Assembly: GCF_943193025.1 (NCBI RefSeq)
Contig: NZ_CALPCQ010000004.1
Span: forward strand, 1 to 24,000
Direction: 5' to 3'
DNA from: Lactobacillus agrestimuris
GTDB lineage: Bacteria > Bacillota > Bacilli > Lactobacillales > Lactobacillaceae
DNA length: 24,000 bases
Shown here: positions 15,376 to 22,841 of the stretch, piece by piece
Layout of the letters: each line of letters starts with the position of its first letter
Position numbering within the stretch: position 1 is the first letter of the stretch
Position numbers and translations under genes: made by a program
Notes under the pieces: model-generated
Told to the model about the DNA's origin: nothing
The model's database searches: none
The model's input: only the letters and a program-made list of their open reading frames with translations

Positions 15376-17034
15376 TTAGCTTAATTCCTTGATGATGCCT
15401 TCCAAAGTCTTCTTAGCTTCTTCTTGAATTGGAGTATTTGGATGTTCTTCATCATACTTGTTTAACCAATCAAGACGATCTTGCATTCTTCTTGCCAAAG
15501 TTTTTTGGTATTCAGGATCGTCAAGGTGTACCTCGTAACCATCGATAGGTAAGTAGCTAACACCCTTGAAGTTACCGAATGGTTTGAAATCCTTATCAGT
15601 GATTGAACCGTTAGCCAAACCTTCAATAAGCTCTTTAGTAACTTCCTTAGGAATATCTTTACCCATAAATGCATCAGTATTTAAGATGTAACAATTTGCT
15701 CCACGCTTGGTAAACAATTCCTTGAAGTCACGGTAGTCACCGGATACTGGGTATGCACGGAATGGGTCTGCGAATGGTTCAATTACTAAAGTATTCATAT
15801 CGAAGCCTTTTGGTAAGTTTTCTGCAGAAGTTCTCTTAGTTGCAAGAGTACATCCCATAGTAGTAGCAAGAACTGGATCATCAATTTTAAGTAGTGGTGG
15901 AAGTGAACCATCCTTCATAATCCAGAATAAAGCGGTAATAGGTGCCTTTTCAAAGTCAACACGGTGAGGACTAGTGTAACGGGTCTTGATAACACGACCA
16001 TTGTTGTTACGTAAGTCTTCAGTAACGATTACCTTATTACCATTTGAGTCTAATGTTACATCACAGTTCATTATAGTGGTGTAGTACTTAGTTTCATGGT
16101 GACCTGCTGGGTAGTCGTGAGTCTTATCAAAGTATGAAGGTTCTAAGGCAACCGATGAGCCATCTTCACGTGAAATGATAAATGCATCATCGTGAAGAAC
16201 GGTGATGTCGTACTTGCCATCGTACATTTCGTGAGTCAATGTTGACTTACCTGAACCCGACAAGCCATAGAATGCGAATACCTTATCATCCTTGTCCTTA
16301 AAGTGGAATGACTTTTCACCACCGTGACAAGCAGTATAACCATGTCTGTGGGCCATTGCCCATGCCAAGGTTAAAGTACCCTTCTTAAGTTCACCAAAGT
16401 AGCGAAGGTTAAAGACGGCAGCACAGTTATGTGGAGCATCAAAGACTCCAAAGCCCTTTGGATAATCTAGATCCTGAGTATTTGGATCGAAGTAGAAATA
16501 AATGTCAGGTTCTTCATAGAACTTAGACTTCTTGTACATCTCTTCTGCTTCGTCATCGAAGAAATGGAAGTTTAATATGTATGAAAGTAAGTTGAATGCT
16601 TGATCTTCAGGCATCATAACATGTGCTTTAACAGTGAAAGTAGGGTCAAGTCCTACCAAAACAGTTGCCTTCAAAAATTTTTGATTATGGCCATTATAAA
16701 TATCTTCACGTAAGTTGCCAGCTAATGCTTCAGGATCTTCGTTTGGATCGTCAGTAAAGTGACGAGCACTAGCAGTTCTACCTAAAATTTTACCGTGATT
16801 GTAAACAAGTTGTGTTGCACCTTGTGGTAAACCTAATTCTTTTGTATGTAAAATTGGTAAGTCTGTAACAATGACGCCAGGTTGCTGTTTAGCCAAGTTA
16901 TAGGCTTCGGCCACACTAGTAATTTCATGAACATTGTTACCATAGAATGCACTTTCGATAGTTGAGCGAACTCGACTAAACATTGGATTTGCTTTTCTTA
17001 ATTCATCTTGTGAATATCGTTCTTTTGTACTCAT
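15376..17034 (-). CDS. pckA: Phosphoenolpyruvate carboxykinase (ATP)
   Basis: The kinase-1a P-loop FYGLSGSGKSTLT and overall ATP-type PEPCK sequence are present. I start it at ATG 17034 (MSTKERY...), which has a GAGGGAGGAAG RBS 7 nt upstream. The ORF-track extension to 17085 starts on a non-ATG codon and runs through the candidate cre and 5' UTR. Confidence 0.93.
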   Translation of the reverse strand: MSTKERYSQDELRKANPMFSRVRSTIESAFYGNNVHEITSVAEAYNLAKQQPGVIVTDLPILHTKELGLPQGATQLVYNHGKILGRTASARHFTDDPNEDPEALAGNLREDIYNGHNQKFLKATVLVGLDPTFTVKAHVMMPEDQAFNLLSYILNFHFFDDEAEEMYKKSKFYEEPDIYFYFDPNTQDLDYPKGFGVFDAPHNCAAVFNLRYFGELKKGTLTLAWAMAHRHGYTACHGGEKSFHFKDKDDKVFAFYGLSGSGKSTLTHEMYDGKYDITVLHDDAFIISREDGSSVALEPSYFDKTHDYPAGHHETKYYTTIMNCDVTLDSNGNKVIVTEDLRNNNGRVIKTRYTSPHRVDFEKAPITALFWIMKDGSLPPLLKIDDPVLATTMGCTLATKRTSAENLPKGFDMNTLVIEPFADPFRAYPVSGDYRDFKELFTKRGANCYILNTDAFMGKDIPKEVTKELIEGLANGSITDKDFKPFGNFKGVSYLPIDGYEVHLDDPEYQKTLARRMQDRLDWLNKYDEEHPNTPIQEEAKKTLEGIIKELS

Positions 17035-17058
17035 AGTAGCTCTTCCTCCCTCAAATTC

Positions 17059-17072
17059 AGAAAGCGGTTTCA
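17059..17072 (-). promoter_or_regulatory. Candidate cre site in the pckA 5' UTR
   Basis: The minus-strand sequence TGAAACCGCTTTCT matches TGWAANCGNTNWCA at every position except the last. It lies between the predicted -10 and the RBS, a roadblock position. Confidence 0.55.
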
Positions 17073-17084
17073 TGCTTTTTGACA

Positions 17085-17123
17085 AATATAGAATAACATA
17101 ATTGGTTGTGAATAACTACACAA
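17085..17123 (-). promoter_or_regulatory. Candidate pckA promoter (-35 TTCACA at 17107-17112, 16-bp spacer, -10 TATATT at 17085-17090, minus strand) overlapped by a Rex-like box TTGTGAA-TAAC-TACACAA (17106-17123)
   Basis: The hexamers were read on the minus strand. The dyad matches TTGTGAA-N4-TTCACAA at 13 of 14 specified positions and covers the -35. Confidence 0.5.
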
Positions 17124-17128
17124 TTTCA

Positions 17129-17150
17129 AAAGATAACTAAAAGATAACTA
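17129..17150. repeat. Perfect 11-bp tandem direct repeat (AAAGATAACTA x2) in the pckA/sngA divergent intergenic region
   Basis: Positions 17129-17139 and 17140-17150 are identical. ATAACT also occurs at 17113-17118, and inverted as AGTTAT at 17167-17172. Confidence 0.8.
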
Positions 17151-17171
17151 TAAGTATTTTAAAAACAGTTA

Positions 17172-17200
17172 TTCAAAATAAGTGGTAAAACTGCTATAAT
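17172..17200 (+). promoter_or_regulatory. Candidate promoter of the three-gene TerB/ATPase/helicase operon: -35 TTCAAA (17172-17177), 17-bp spacer, extended -10 TGcTATAAT (17192-17200)
   Basis: It has a consensus TATAAT with a TG extension and ideal spacing, and lies about 35 nt upstream of the preferred start codon. Confidence 0.65.
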
Positions 17201-17234
17201 ATTCAGAACGTACGTACGAATGGAGGCCGGAAAG

Positions 17235-19088
17235 TTGAATTTTAATGAGTTAAGTCGTTATGTTTATCAAAAGTTTGGCTTGAAATTCAAACCAGCAATT
17301 CCGGGATCAACAGAGTTATATGTTTTAGAATCACCATTAGATGGGGCATATTTTGCCATGATGTCTCGAATTAAAAAAACTAATGCAGGTATGGATCAAG
17401 ATGGTTATATTTCAACTTTAGATTTAAGATGTGGATCTTTTTCAGATATGATTCGTGATTTACCTGGCTTTAGTTCAGCCTTTCGCTTGAAAGCTAACGA
17501 TTGGGTTGGTGTTTGGCTTGATCAGGCAAGTGAAAAGACGGTTAAACAGGCACTTGATTATGCTTTTAAGCTTGCAATGAACAAGAATGAGCAAGTGGAC
17601 GTTTCCAATAGTCAATATATTTTTGTCCCTGGTGAAAAAGTCGATAATAAGTATCAAAGCCAAGCAATTAAACCTCGCAGTAAAGTTAGAAGAAAAAATA
17701 ATTCAAATGTTCCTAACCAAATTTTGAAGATGCAAGAGGCGTATGACTATAGCCTGCTTCCATCAATGGGGAGAGAAAAGAACTTCTATCATCAAGCGGT
17801 GATCATGAAAGATTATGAGGATGATTTTGATGAAAAGGTTAACTTTAAGCAATATTATCCAACATATCATGATATGAAAATTTCACAGCTGCGAACTTAT
17901 TTCACTTGGCGCAAAAATATTCGTAAGGGAAAATTTGAAAAGATTAGTACCTCTTATGCTTATGTCTATGTTTATGAACTTTTAAACGACGTGGCTGATG
18001 ACCCAAAGAAAAGTTTTCGTAAGTTAAGAGAGTTTATTAATAAGTATATTTTAATTTACGATGTGGGGATGTTAGTTAATGTTGAAAGTTGGTTGAAAGA
18101 CTATGTGATTTACTACCAACTTGATTATGAGGCGGTTGAAGCAGCTTTCAAGCAGGAATTGGCAGAAGATCATAATTATCAAGTTTTACTTAAACCTGAA
18201 GAATATTCTGCCAAGGAAATTTTTGCTGTTTTAGAAGGGATATCCACATATTTAAAGAATTGTTTATCTTACAAGAAATTAGGTGAGCAATTTGAGGAAA
18301 TTGTTTATTATGTGTGGAAAAGTCTTGTTGCACTTAAACTTGAACCGAGAAGATCTTTTTTCAGTAAATATGTAGCTACAGCAAGTACTTTAAGTAAGAA
18401 ACTATTTGCAGGTGCAGTTTTTTATCAAAGAAAGAGTAAATTTGAAGACTTTGATCTCGATCCTGTAAGACATATTTCATACCAAGATGGGCACTGCTAC
18501 TTAAAGGCTTACTATCCAATAAAAAATCAGAAAAGTGAAATTAATACTTTTTTGCATGAGATTGATCGACTTCTAAGAAAAGAATTTTCTTTAGGGAGAC
18601 CGCTAAAAGCTCGGCCAATGGAAAAGCATTTTTTAGAAGTAATCGAAACTGGAATCAAAAATTATGAATCTGAAAAGGAACAGGAAAAGCGTAAAGTTGA
18701 GATTGATTTTTCAAGTTTAAATAAAATTCGTTCGGATGCATCAGTGACTAGAGATAGTTTGCTAACTGAGGATGAATTACGCTTTGATGAAGAAGATCTT
18801 AAAGAGAATGTTCAAGATAAGCAAGATAAAATAGAAAGTAAAGATACTGAAGAAGGCGAAAGATATGGGTTAGATCCTGACGAGCTTTATCTAGTCAAGG
18901 CTTTGCTTAAAGGCTTAGAATATAAAGATTACGTGAAAAGTCACCATTTGATGTTGTCAATTGTTGTTGATAATATCAATGAAAAACTTTTTGATGAGAT
19001 CGGTGATTCTGTCGTTGAATTTGATGAAAAAAATCAGCCAATAATCGTTGAGGATTATCTTGATGATCTAAATGAAATGTTTAAATAA
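17235..19088 (+). CDS. sngA: TerB-N/TerB-C domain protein with an N-terminal YjbR/MmcQ-like module (Shango SngA-like)
   Basis: Residue numbers follow the ORF-track protein. The central motif YPTYHDMKISQLRTYFTWRKNIRKGKFEKISTSYAYVYVYELLN (nt 17856-17987) is typical of TerB-N. The C-terminus ...HLMLSIVVDNINEKLFDEIGDSVVEFDE... (within nt 18696-19085) is typical of TerB-C. Residues 6-122 look YjbR-like. I prefer TTG 17235, which has GGAGG (17222-17226) 8 nt upstream; ATG 17220 has no RBS. The gene symbol is tentative and based on architecture only. Confidence 0.75.
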   Translation: MNFNELSRYVYQKFGLKFKPAIPGSTELYVLESPLDGAYFAMMSRIKKTNAGMDQDGYISTLDLRCGSFSDMIRDLPGFSSAFRLKANDWVGVWLDQASEKTVKQALDYAFKLAMNKNEQVDVSNSQYIFVPGEKVDNKYQSQAIKPRSKVRRKNNSNVPNQILKMQEAYDYSLLPSMGREKNFYHQAVIMKDYEDDFDEKVNFKQYYPTYHDMKISQLRTYFTWRKNIRKGKFEKISTSYAYVYVYELLNDVADDPKKSFRKLREFINKYILIYDVGMLVNVESWLKDYVIYYQLDYEAVEAAFKQELAEDHNYQVLLKPEEYSAKEIFAVLEGISTYLKNCLSYKKLGEQFEEIVYYVWKSLVALKLEPRRSFFSKYVATASTLSKKLFAGAVFYQRKSKFEDFDLDPVRHISYQDGHCYLKAYYPIKNQKSEINTFLHEIDRLLRKEFSLGRPLKARPMEKHFLEVIETGIKNYESEKEQEKRKVEIDFSSLNKIRSDASVTRDSLLTEDELRFDEEDLKENVQDKQDKIESKDTEEGERYGLDPDELYLVKALLKGLEYKDYVKSHHLMLSIVVDNINEKLFDEIGDSVVEFDEKNQPIIVEDYLDDLNEMFK

Positions 19089-19101
19089 TGGAGTGATATT
19101 A

Positions 19102-20433
19102 ATGCCAGAGAAAAAACGGAAAGTTCCGAAAAGAATTGCACAGGCTGTGCTTAACTCTTTAAAGGGTGGGGTTGTTCCAAGAATTGGACTTCCTTATGTA
19201 ACAGTTGGACGTAAAAGTGAAATTGAAGCCTTTTTACACGATGTTGATGTAATTTCTGAAGGTGGAGCATCATTTAGATTTATCGTTGGGCGCTATGGCT
19301 CAGGTAAAAGTTTTCTGCTTCAAACCATTAGAAACTATGTCATGGATCGAAATTTCGTTGTTGTTGATGGTGATTTATCCCCAGAAAGACGCCTTCAAGG
19401 TGGAAAAGGTCAAGGGTTAGCAACATATCGTGAATTAATTCAAAATTTATCCACAAAAACTCGCCCAGAAGGTGGGGCATTAACTTTAATTCTTGACCGG
19501 TGGATAAATTCTGTGCAAAACGAAGTTATCCAAGAAACAGGTCTAACAGATGATGATCCAAAGTTTGAAAAAGAAATGGATAAAAAAATCTATGATGTTA
19601 TCAATAATTTAAGTGAGATGGTGCATGGTTTTGATTTCGCTAAAATTTTGAATATGTACTATCACGCTTATTTAGAAGACGATGATGAGACCAAGGCTAA
19701 AGTCGTTAAGTGGTTCCGCGGAGAATATACGCATAAAACTGAAGCTAAGAAAGAACTTGGTGTAAGCATCATTATCTCTGATGATGACTGGTACGAATAT
19801 TTGAAATTGTTTGCTAGTTTCTTCAAGCAAGCTGGTTATGCTGGACTCGTGATTATGATTGACGAATTGGTTAATATCTACAAAATTCCAAATGCAATTA
19901 GTCGTCAATATAACTATGAAAAAATCCTTACTATGTATAATGATGCGATGCAAGGTAAAGCCAAATATCTTGGCATTATTATGGCAGGAACTCCGCAATC
20001 AATTGAAGATCGCCGACGTGGTGTATACAGTTATGAAGCATTGCGTTCTCGTCTTTCAGAAGGTAAGTTCTCAAAGGCAGGAGCTCGTGATATGTATGCG
20101 CCAGTAATTAAACTTGATCCATTGACTGCAGAAGAAATGCTAGTTTTAACTGAGAAGTTGGCCGATATGCATGCTGGTTTTTATGGCTATGAACGCACAA
20201 TTACTGATGATAATTTAGCCCAATTTATCAAGATTGAATATGCTCGAATAGGTGCGGATACGAATATTACTCCGCGTGAAGTGATTCGTGATTTCATTGA
20301 ATTACTTGATATCGTTTGGCAAAATCCACAAACCAACATTGAAGAACTACTTAATTCAGATCAATTTTCTTACACTAAATCTGAAGCAGTTTCAGATGAT
20401 AAGAAGGATGATTATACTGAATTTACTATTTAA
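19102..20433 (+). CDS. sngB: P-loop ATPase of the DUF2791 / BrxD-like type (Shango SngB-like)
   Basis: Walker A is GRYGSGKS (nt 19288-19311). Walker B is LVIMIDE, with the DE at nt 19861-19866. An N-terminal basic segment is present. I start it at ATG 19102 because GGAG lies 8 nt upstream. The ORF-track start at 19072 lies inside sngA. The symbol is tentative. Confidence 0.75.
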   Translation: MPEKKRKVPKRIAQAVLNSLKGGVVPRIGLPYVTVGRKSEIEAFLHDVDVISEGGASFRFIVGRYGSGKSFLLQTIRNYVMDRNFVVVDGDLSPERRLQGGKGQGLATYRELIQNLSTKTRPEGGALTLILDRWINSVQNEVIQETGLTDDDPKFEKEMDKKIYDVINNLSEMVHGFDFAKILNMYYHAYLEDDDETKAKVVKWFRGEYTHKTEAKKELGVSIIISDDDWYEYLKLFASFFKQAGYAGLVIMIDELVNIYKIPNAISRQYNYEKILTMYNDAMQGKAKYLGIIMAGTPQSIEDRRRGVYSYEALRSRLSEGKFSKAGARDMYAPVIKLDPLTAEEMLVLTEKLADMHAGFYGYERTITDDNLAQFIKIEYARIGADTNITPREVIRDFIELLDIVWQNPQTNIEELLNSDQFSYTKSEAVSDDKKDDYTEFTI

Positions 20434-20450
20434 AGAAAGTAAGATGAATT

Positions 20451-22667
20451 ATGGACGTATTTGATCATTATGCTCCGTTTATTCAAGACTATATTTATGA
20501 ACATAATTGGCAAAATCTTCGTCCGATTCAGGTAGCAGCGGCCGAAGAAATTTTTACAACTAATCATAATGTGCTTTTGGCAGCATCAACTGCTTCTGGA
20601 AAAACCGAAGCAGCATTTTTTCCAATTCTGTCAGAAATTAGTGAAGAAAAAGCTGACTCAATTCAAGTTCTGTATATTGCACCACTAAAGGCTTTGATTA
20701 ACGACCAATATGATCGTTTAACTGAATTGTGTGAACCTGCTGATATTAAAGTTTGGCGCTGGCATGGAGATGTAGCACAGTCACAGAAAAGACGAATGTT
20801 AAAAAAGCCGTCAGGTATTTTACAAATTACACCTGAATCACTTGAAAGCTTTATGATTAATAAGCATATGGATGTGCCACGTCTATTTCATGGCTTGAAT
20901 TTTATCGTAATTGATGAACTTCATTCTTTTTTGCGTAGTGATCGTGGTGGACAGACTTTTTCTTTAATTGAACGAATCTCGAAATTGGCTGATGTGAATC
21001 CTAGACGAATTGGACTTTCAGCAACAATTGGAAATTTAGATGATGCAAGTAAATTTTTAGGTGCAGGTAGCAAGTATGATACGGTGGCACCACGAGCTCA
21101 AAATGATCGTCAAGTATGGCGTCTTTCAATGGAACATTTTTATGAAACCGATCCGCAGGCTTCAAGCAAGGACTTTGATCCAGCAGAAATTGTGGAAGCT
21201 AAAACTGACAAAGCACCGGAGTTGGCTGATCCGGGAATTGGGTATATTTTTGAACACACTAGAGGAGCAAAGTCGCTGGTTTTCACCAACAGTCGTGAAG
21301 AATGTGAGGCCGTGTGTCAGGAGCTGCGTGAATATTGCCGCTATAACCATGAACCAGATCGCTTCTTGATTCACCATGGTAATTTGTCGCCAGCTTTGCG
21401 TGAAACTGCTGAACAGGCGATGAAAGATGAAGATTCTTATATGACTACATGTGCTACGGCAACGCTGGAATTGGGAATCGATATCGGAAAACTAGAAGCA
21501 GCCTATCAAATTGATGCACCGTTTACAGTTTCAGGCTTTTTGCAAAGAATGGGACGAACGGGTAGACGGGGAACACCGCCAGAAATGCATTTTGTAATGC
21601 GAGAAGAACATCCAGAATCTAGAACGATGCTGCCAGATTTAATTCCGTGGTCACTACTTCAAGGAATTGCATTAGTTCAACTATATATTGAGGAAAAATG
21701 GGTAGAACCACCTAACCCTAATCGCTTGCCGTACAGTTTGCTTTATCATCAAACAATGAGTACTTTAGCAGCAAGTGGAGAAATGACCCCGGCAGAGCTG
21801 GCTTCAAGAGTTTTAACCTTGTCATATTTTCACAATGTTAGTCAGGAAGATTATAAGGTCCTACTCAAAAATTTGATTAAAACTGATCATATTCAGTGGA
21901 CTGAAAATAAGGGCTTAATTCTTGGACTGGCTGGGGAAAGAGTTGTTAATAACTTTAAATTCTATGCGGTTTTTCAAGAAAACGAGGAATTTAGTGTTCA
22001 TGCTGGTAGTGAAGAATTAGGTACGATTGTGAAGCCGCCACCTGTTGGTGATAAGATTGCGATTGCAGGTCGCGTTTGGGTGGTTGAAGATATTGACCGC
22101 AAGCGTCATCAAGTCTATTGTCACGGAGTTGAAGGTAGAATTCCTGCATATTTTGGGGATGTACCTGGTGATATTCATCCGCATATTTTGCACAGAATGA
22201 GAAAAATTCTATCTGAAACAAATATGTATCCATATTTGATGAAAAATGCGAAAGCTAGACTTACTCAAGTGCGTGATACAGCTAATATTGCAGGACTTCC
22301 TGATAAGCAACTAATTAATTTAGGTGGAAAAATGTGGGCATTTTTCCCTTGGACTGGTTCGTATGCGTTTTTAGCACTTGAACGATTGCTTAGAATTAAG
22401 TGTGCCGATCGACTTAATTTGCGCGGCTTTAATTCATCAAGACCTTATTACATGGAATTTGCGATGGATGCAAATGAAGAAGAATTTTTCAAGATTTTGA
22501 AAGAAGAAGCAAATAAGGACTTTGATCCGATGACTTTAGTGTATCCTAAGGAAGTTCCGGTTTTTGATAAGTATGATGAGTATTTACCAGATGAGCTGAT
22601 TAGAAAAGAATTTGCTCAGGGCGTCCTTGATATTGAAGAGATGAAACGTTGCGTTAATGCGATGTAA
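20451..22667 (+). CDS. sngC: Lhr-like superfamily-2 DEAD/DEAH-box helicase with a C-terminal extension (Shango SngC-like)
   Basis: Motif I is ASTASGKT (20583-20606), motif II DELH (20913-20924), motif III SAT, and motif VI QRMGRTGRRG (21543-21572). These are followed by an Lhr/DEAD-associated-like segment, GDKIAIAGRVWVVEDIDRKRHQVYCH (22047-22124). The last ~170 aa are unassigned. The symbol is tentative. Confidence 0.78.
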   Translation: MDVFDHYAPFIQDYIYEHNWQNLRPIQVAAAEEIFTTNHNVLLAASTASGKTEAAFFPILSEISEEKADSIQVLYIAPLKALINDQYDRLTELCEPADIKVWRWHGDVAQSQKRRMLKKPSGILQITPESLESFMINKHMDVPRLFHGLNFIVIDELHSFLRSDRGGQTFSLIERISKLADVNPRRIGLSATIGNLDDASKFLGAGSKYDTVAPRAQNDRQVWRLSMEHFYETDPQASSKDFDPAEIVEAKTDKAPELADPGIGYIFEHTRGAKSLVFTNSREECEAVCQELREYCRYNHEPDRFLIHHGNLSPALRETAEQAMKDEDSYMTTCATATLELGIDIGKLEAAYQIDAPFTVSGFLQRMGRTGRRGTPPEMHFVMREEHPESRTMLPDLIPWSLLQGIALVQLYIEEKWVEPPNPNRLPYSLLYHQTMSTLAASGEMTPAELASRVLTLSYFHNVSQEDYKVLLKNLIKTDHIQWTENKGLILGLAGERVVNNFKFYAVFQENEEFSVHAGSEELGTIVKPPPVGDKIAIAGRVWVVEDIDRKRHQVYCHGVEGRIPAYFGDVPGDIHPHILHRMRKILSETNMYPYLMKNAKARLTQVRDTANIAGLPDKQLINLGGKMWAFFPWTGSYAFLALERLLRIKCADRLNLRGFNSSRPYYMEFAMDANEEEFFKILKEEANKDFDPMTLVYPKEVPVFDKYDEYLPDELIRKEFAQGVLDIEEMKRCVNAM

Positions 22668-22703
22668 AAGGCATAGCCGATTAGATTCGGTGATGCCTTT
22701 TTT
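22667..22703 (+). terminator. Terminator of the three-gene operon
   Basis: AAAGGCAT (22668-22674 region) pairs with ATGCCTTT (22693-22700), with an inner CCGA/TCGG pairing, followed by TTTTTT. It begins at the sngC stop codon. Confidence 0.8.
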
Positions 22704-22841
22704 ATTCTTAAATTAAGTTTTCAAGTAATAGAGTTTTAATCAGATAATTTCTATTTGTCTTAGATAAATTCATTAATATCATTTTTTATTTTTTAGAAGA
22801 GTTGTATACTAATCTTTAGTAAGCAAAAAGAGGGAAGAAAA

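Noticed and set aside
966-21377. Sixteen ORFs of 60-159 aa in the six-frame track lie antisense to, or out of frame within, the large genes. They are 966-1274(-), 3219-3698(-), 5942-6163(+), 7249-7431(-), 9496-9714(-), 13059-13433(-), 13701-13910(-), 14147-14347(-), 15087-15278(-), 15462-15674(-), 17475-17663(-), 19672-19998(-), 19859-20107(+), 21061-21369(+), 21162-21377(-) and 21991-22233(-).
   Set aside because: Each is fully embedded in, or largely overlaps, a confidently identified gene. They lack convincing RBSs. Their translations are low-complexity or compositionally odd (Ser/Leu/Ile/Phe-rich), with no recognisable motif. These are typical shadow ORFs of AT-rich genomes.
22047-22124. 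GD...VWVVEDIDRK in the helicase C-terminal half as a PD-(D/E)xK nuclease motif.
   Set aside because: The surrounding sequence (G-x-IAIAGRVWVVEDI...HQVYCH) fits the beta-barrel segment that follows the winged helix in Lhr-type helicases. The nuclease-like spacing is most likely fortuitous.
22741-22770. AGATAA motifs occur on both flanks of the three-gene operon (17132-17137 and 17143-17148 on the left; 22742-22747 and 22762-22767 on the right). I considered them as possible insertion scars or att-like direct repeats.
   Set aside because: Only a 6-mer is shared. The same hexamer also occurs elsewhere in intergenic DNA of this window (for example near 4533 and 6666). No longer flanking repeat or recombinase gene is present, so there is no support for a recent mobile insertion.
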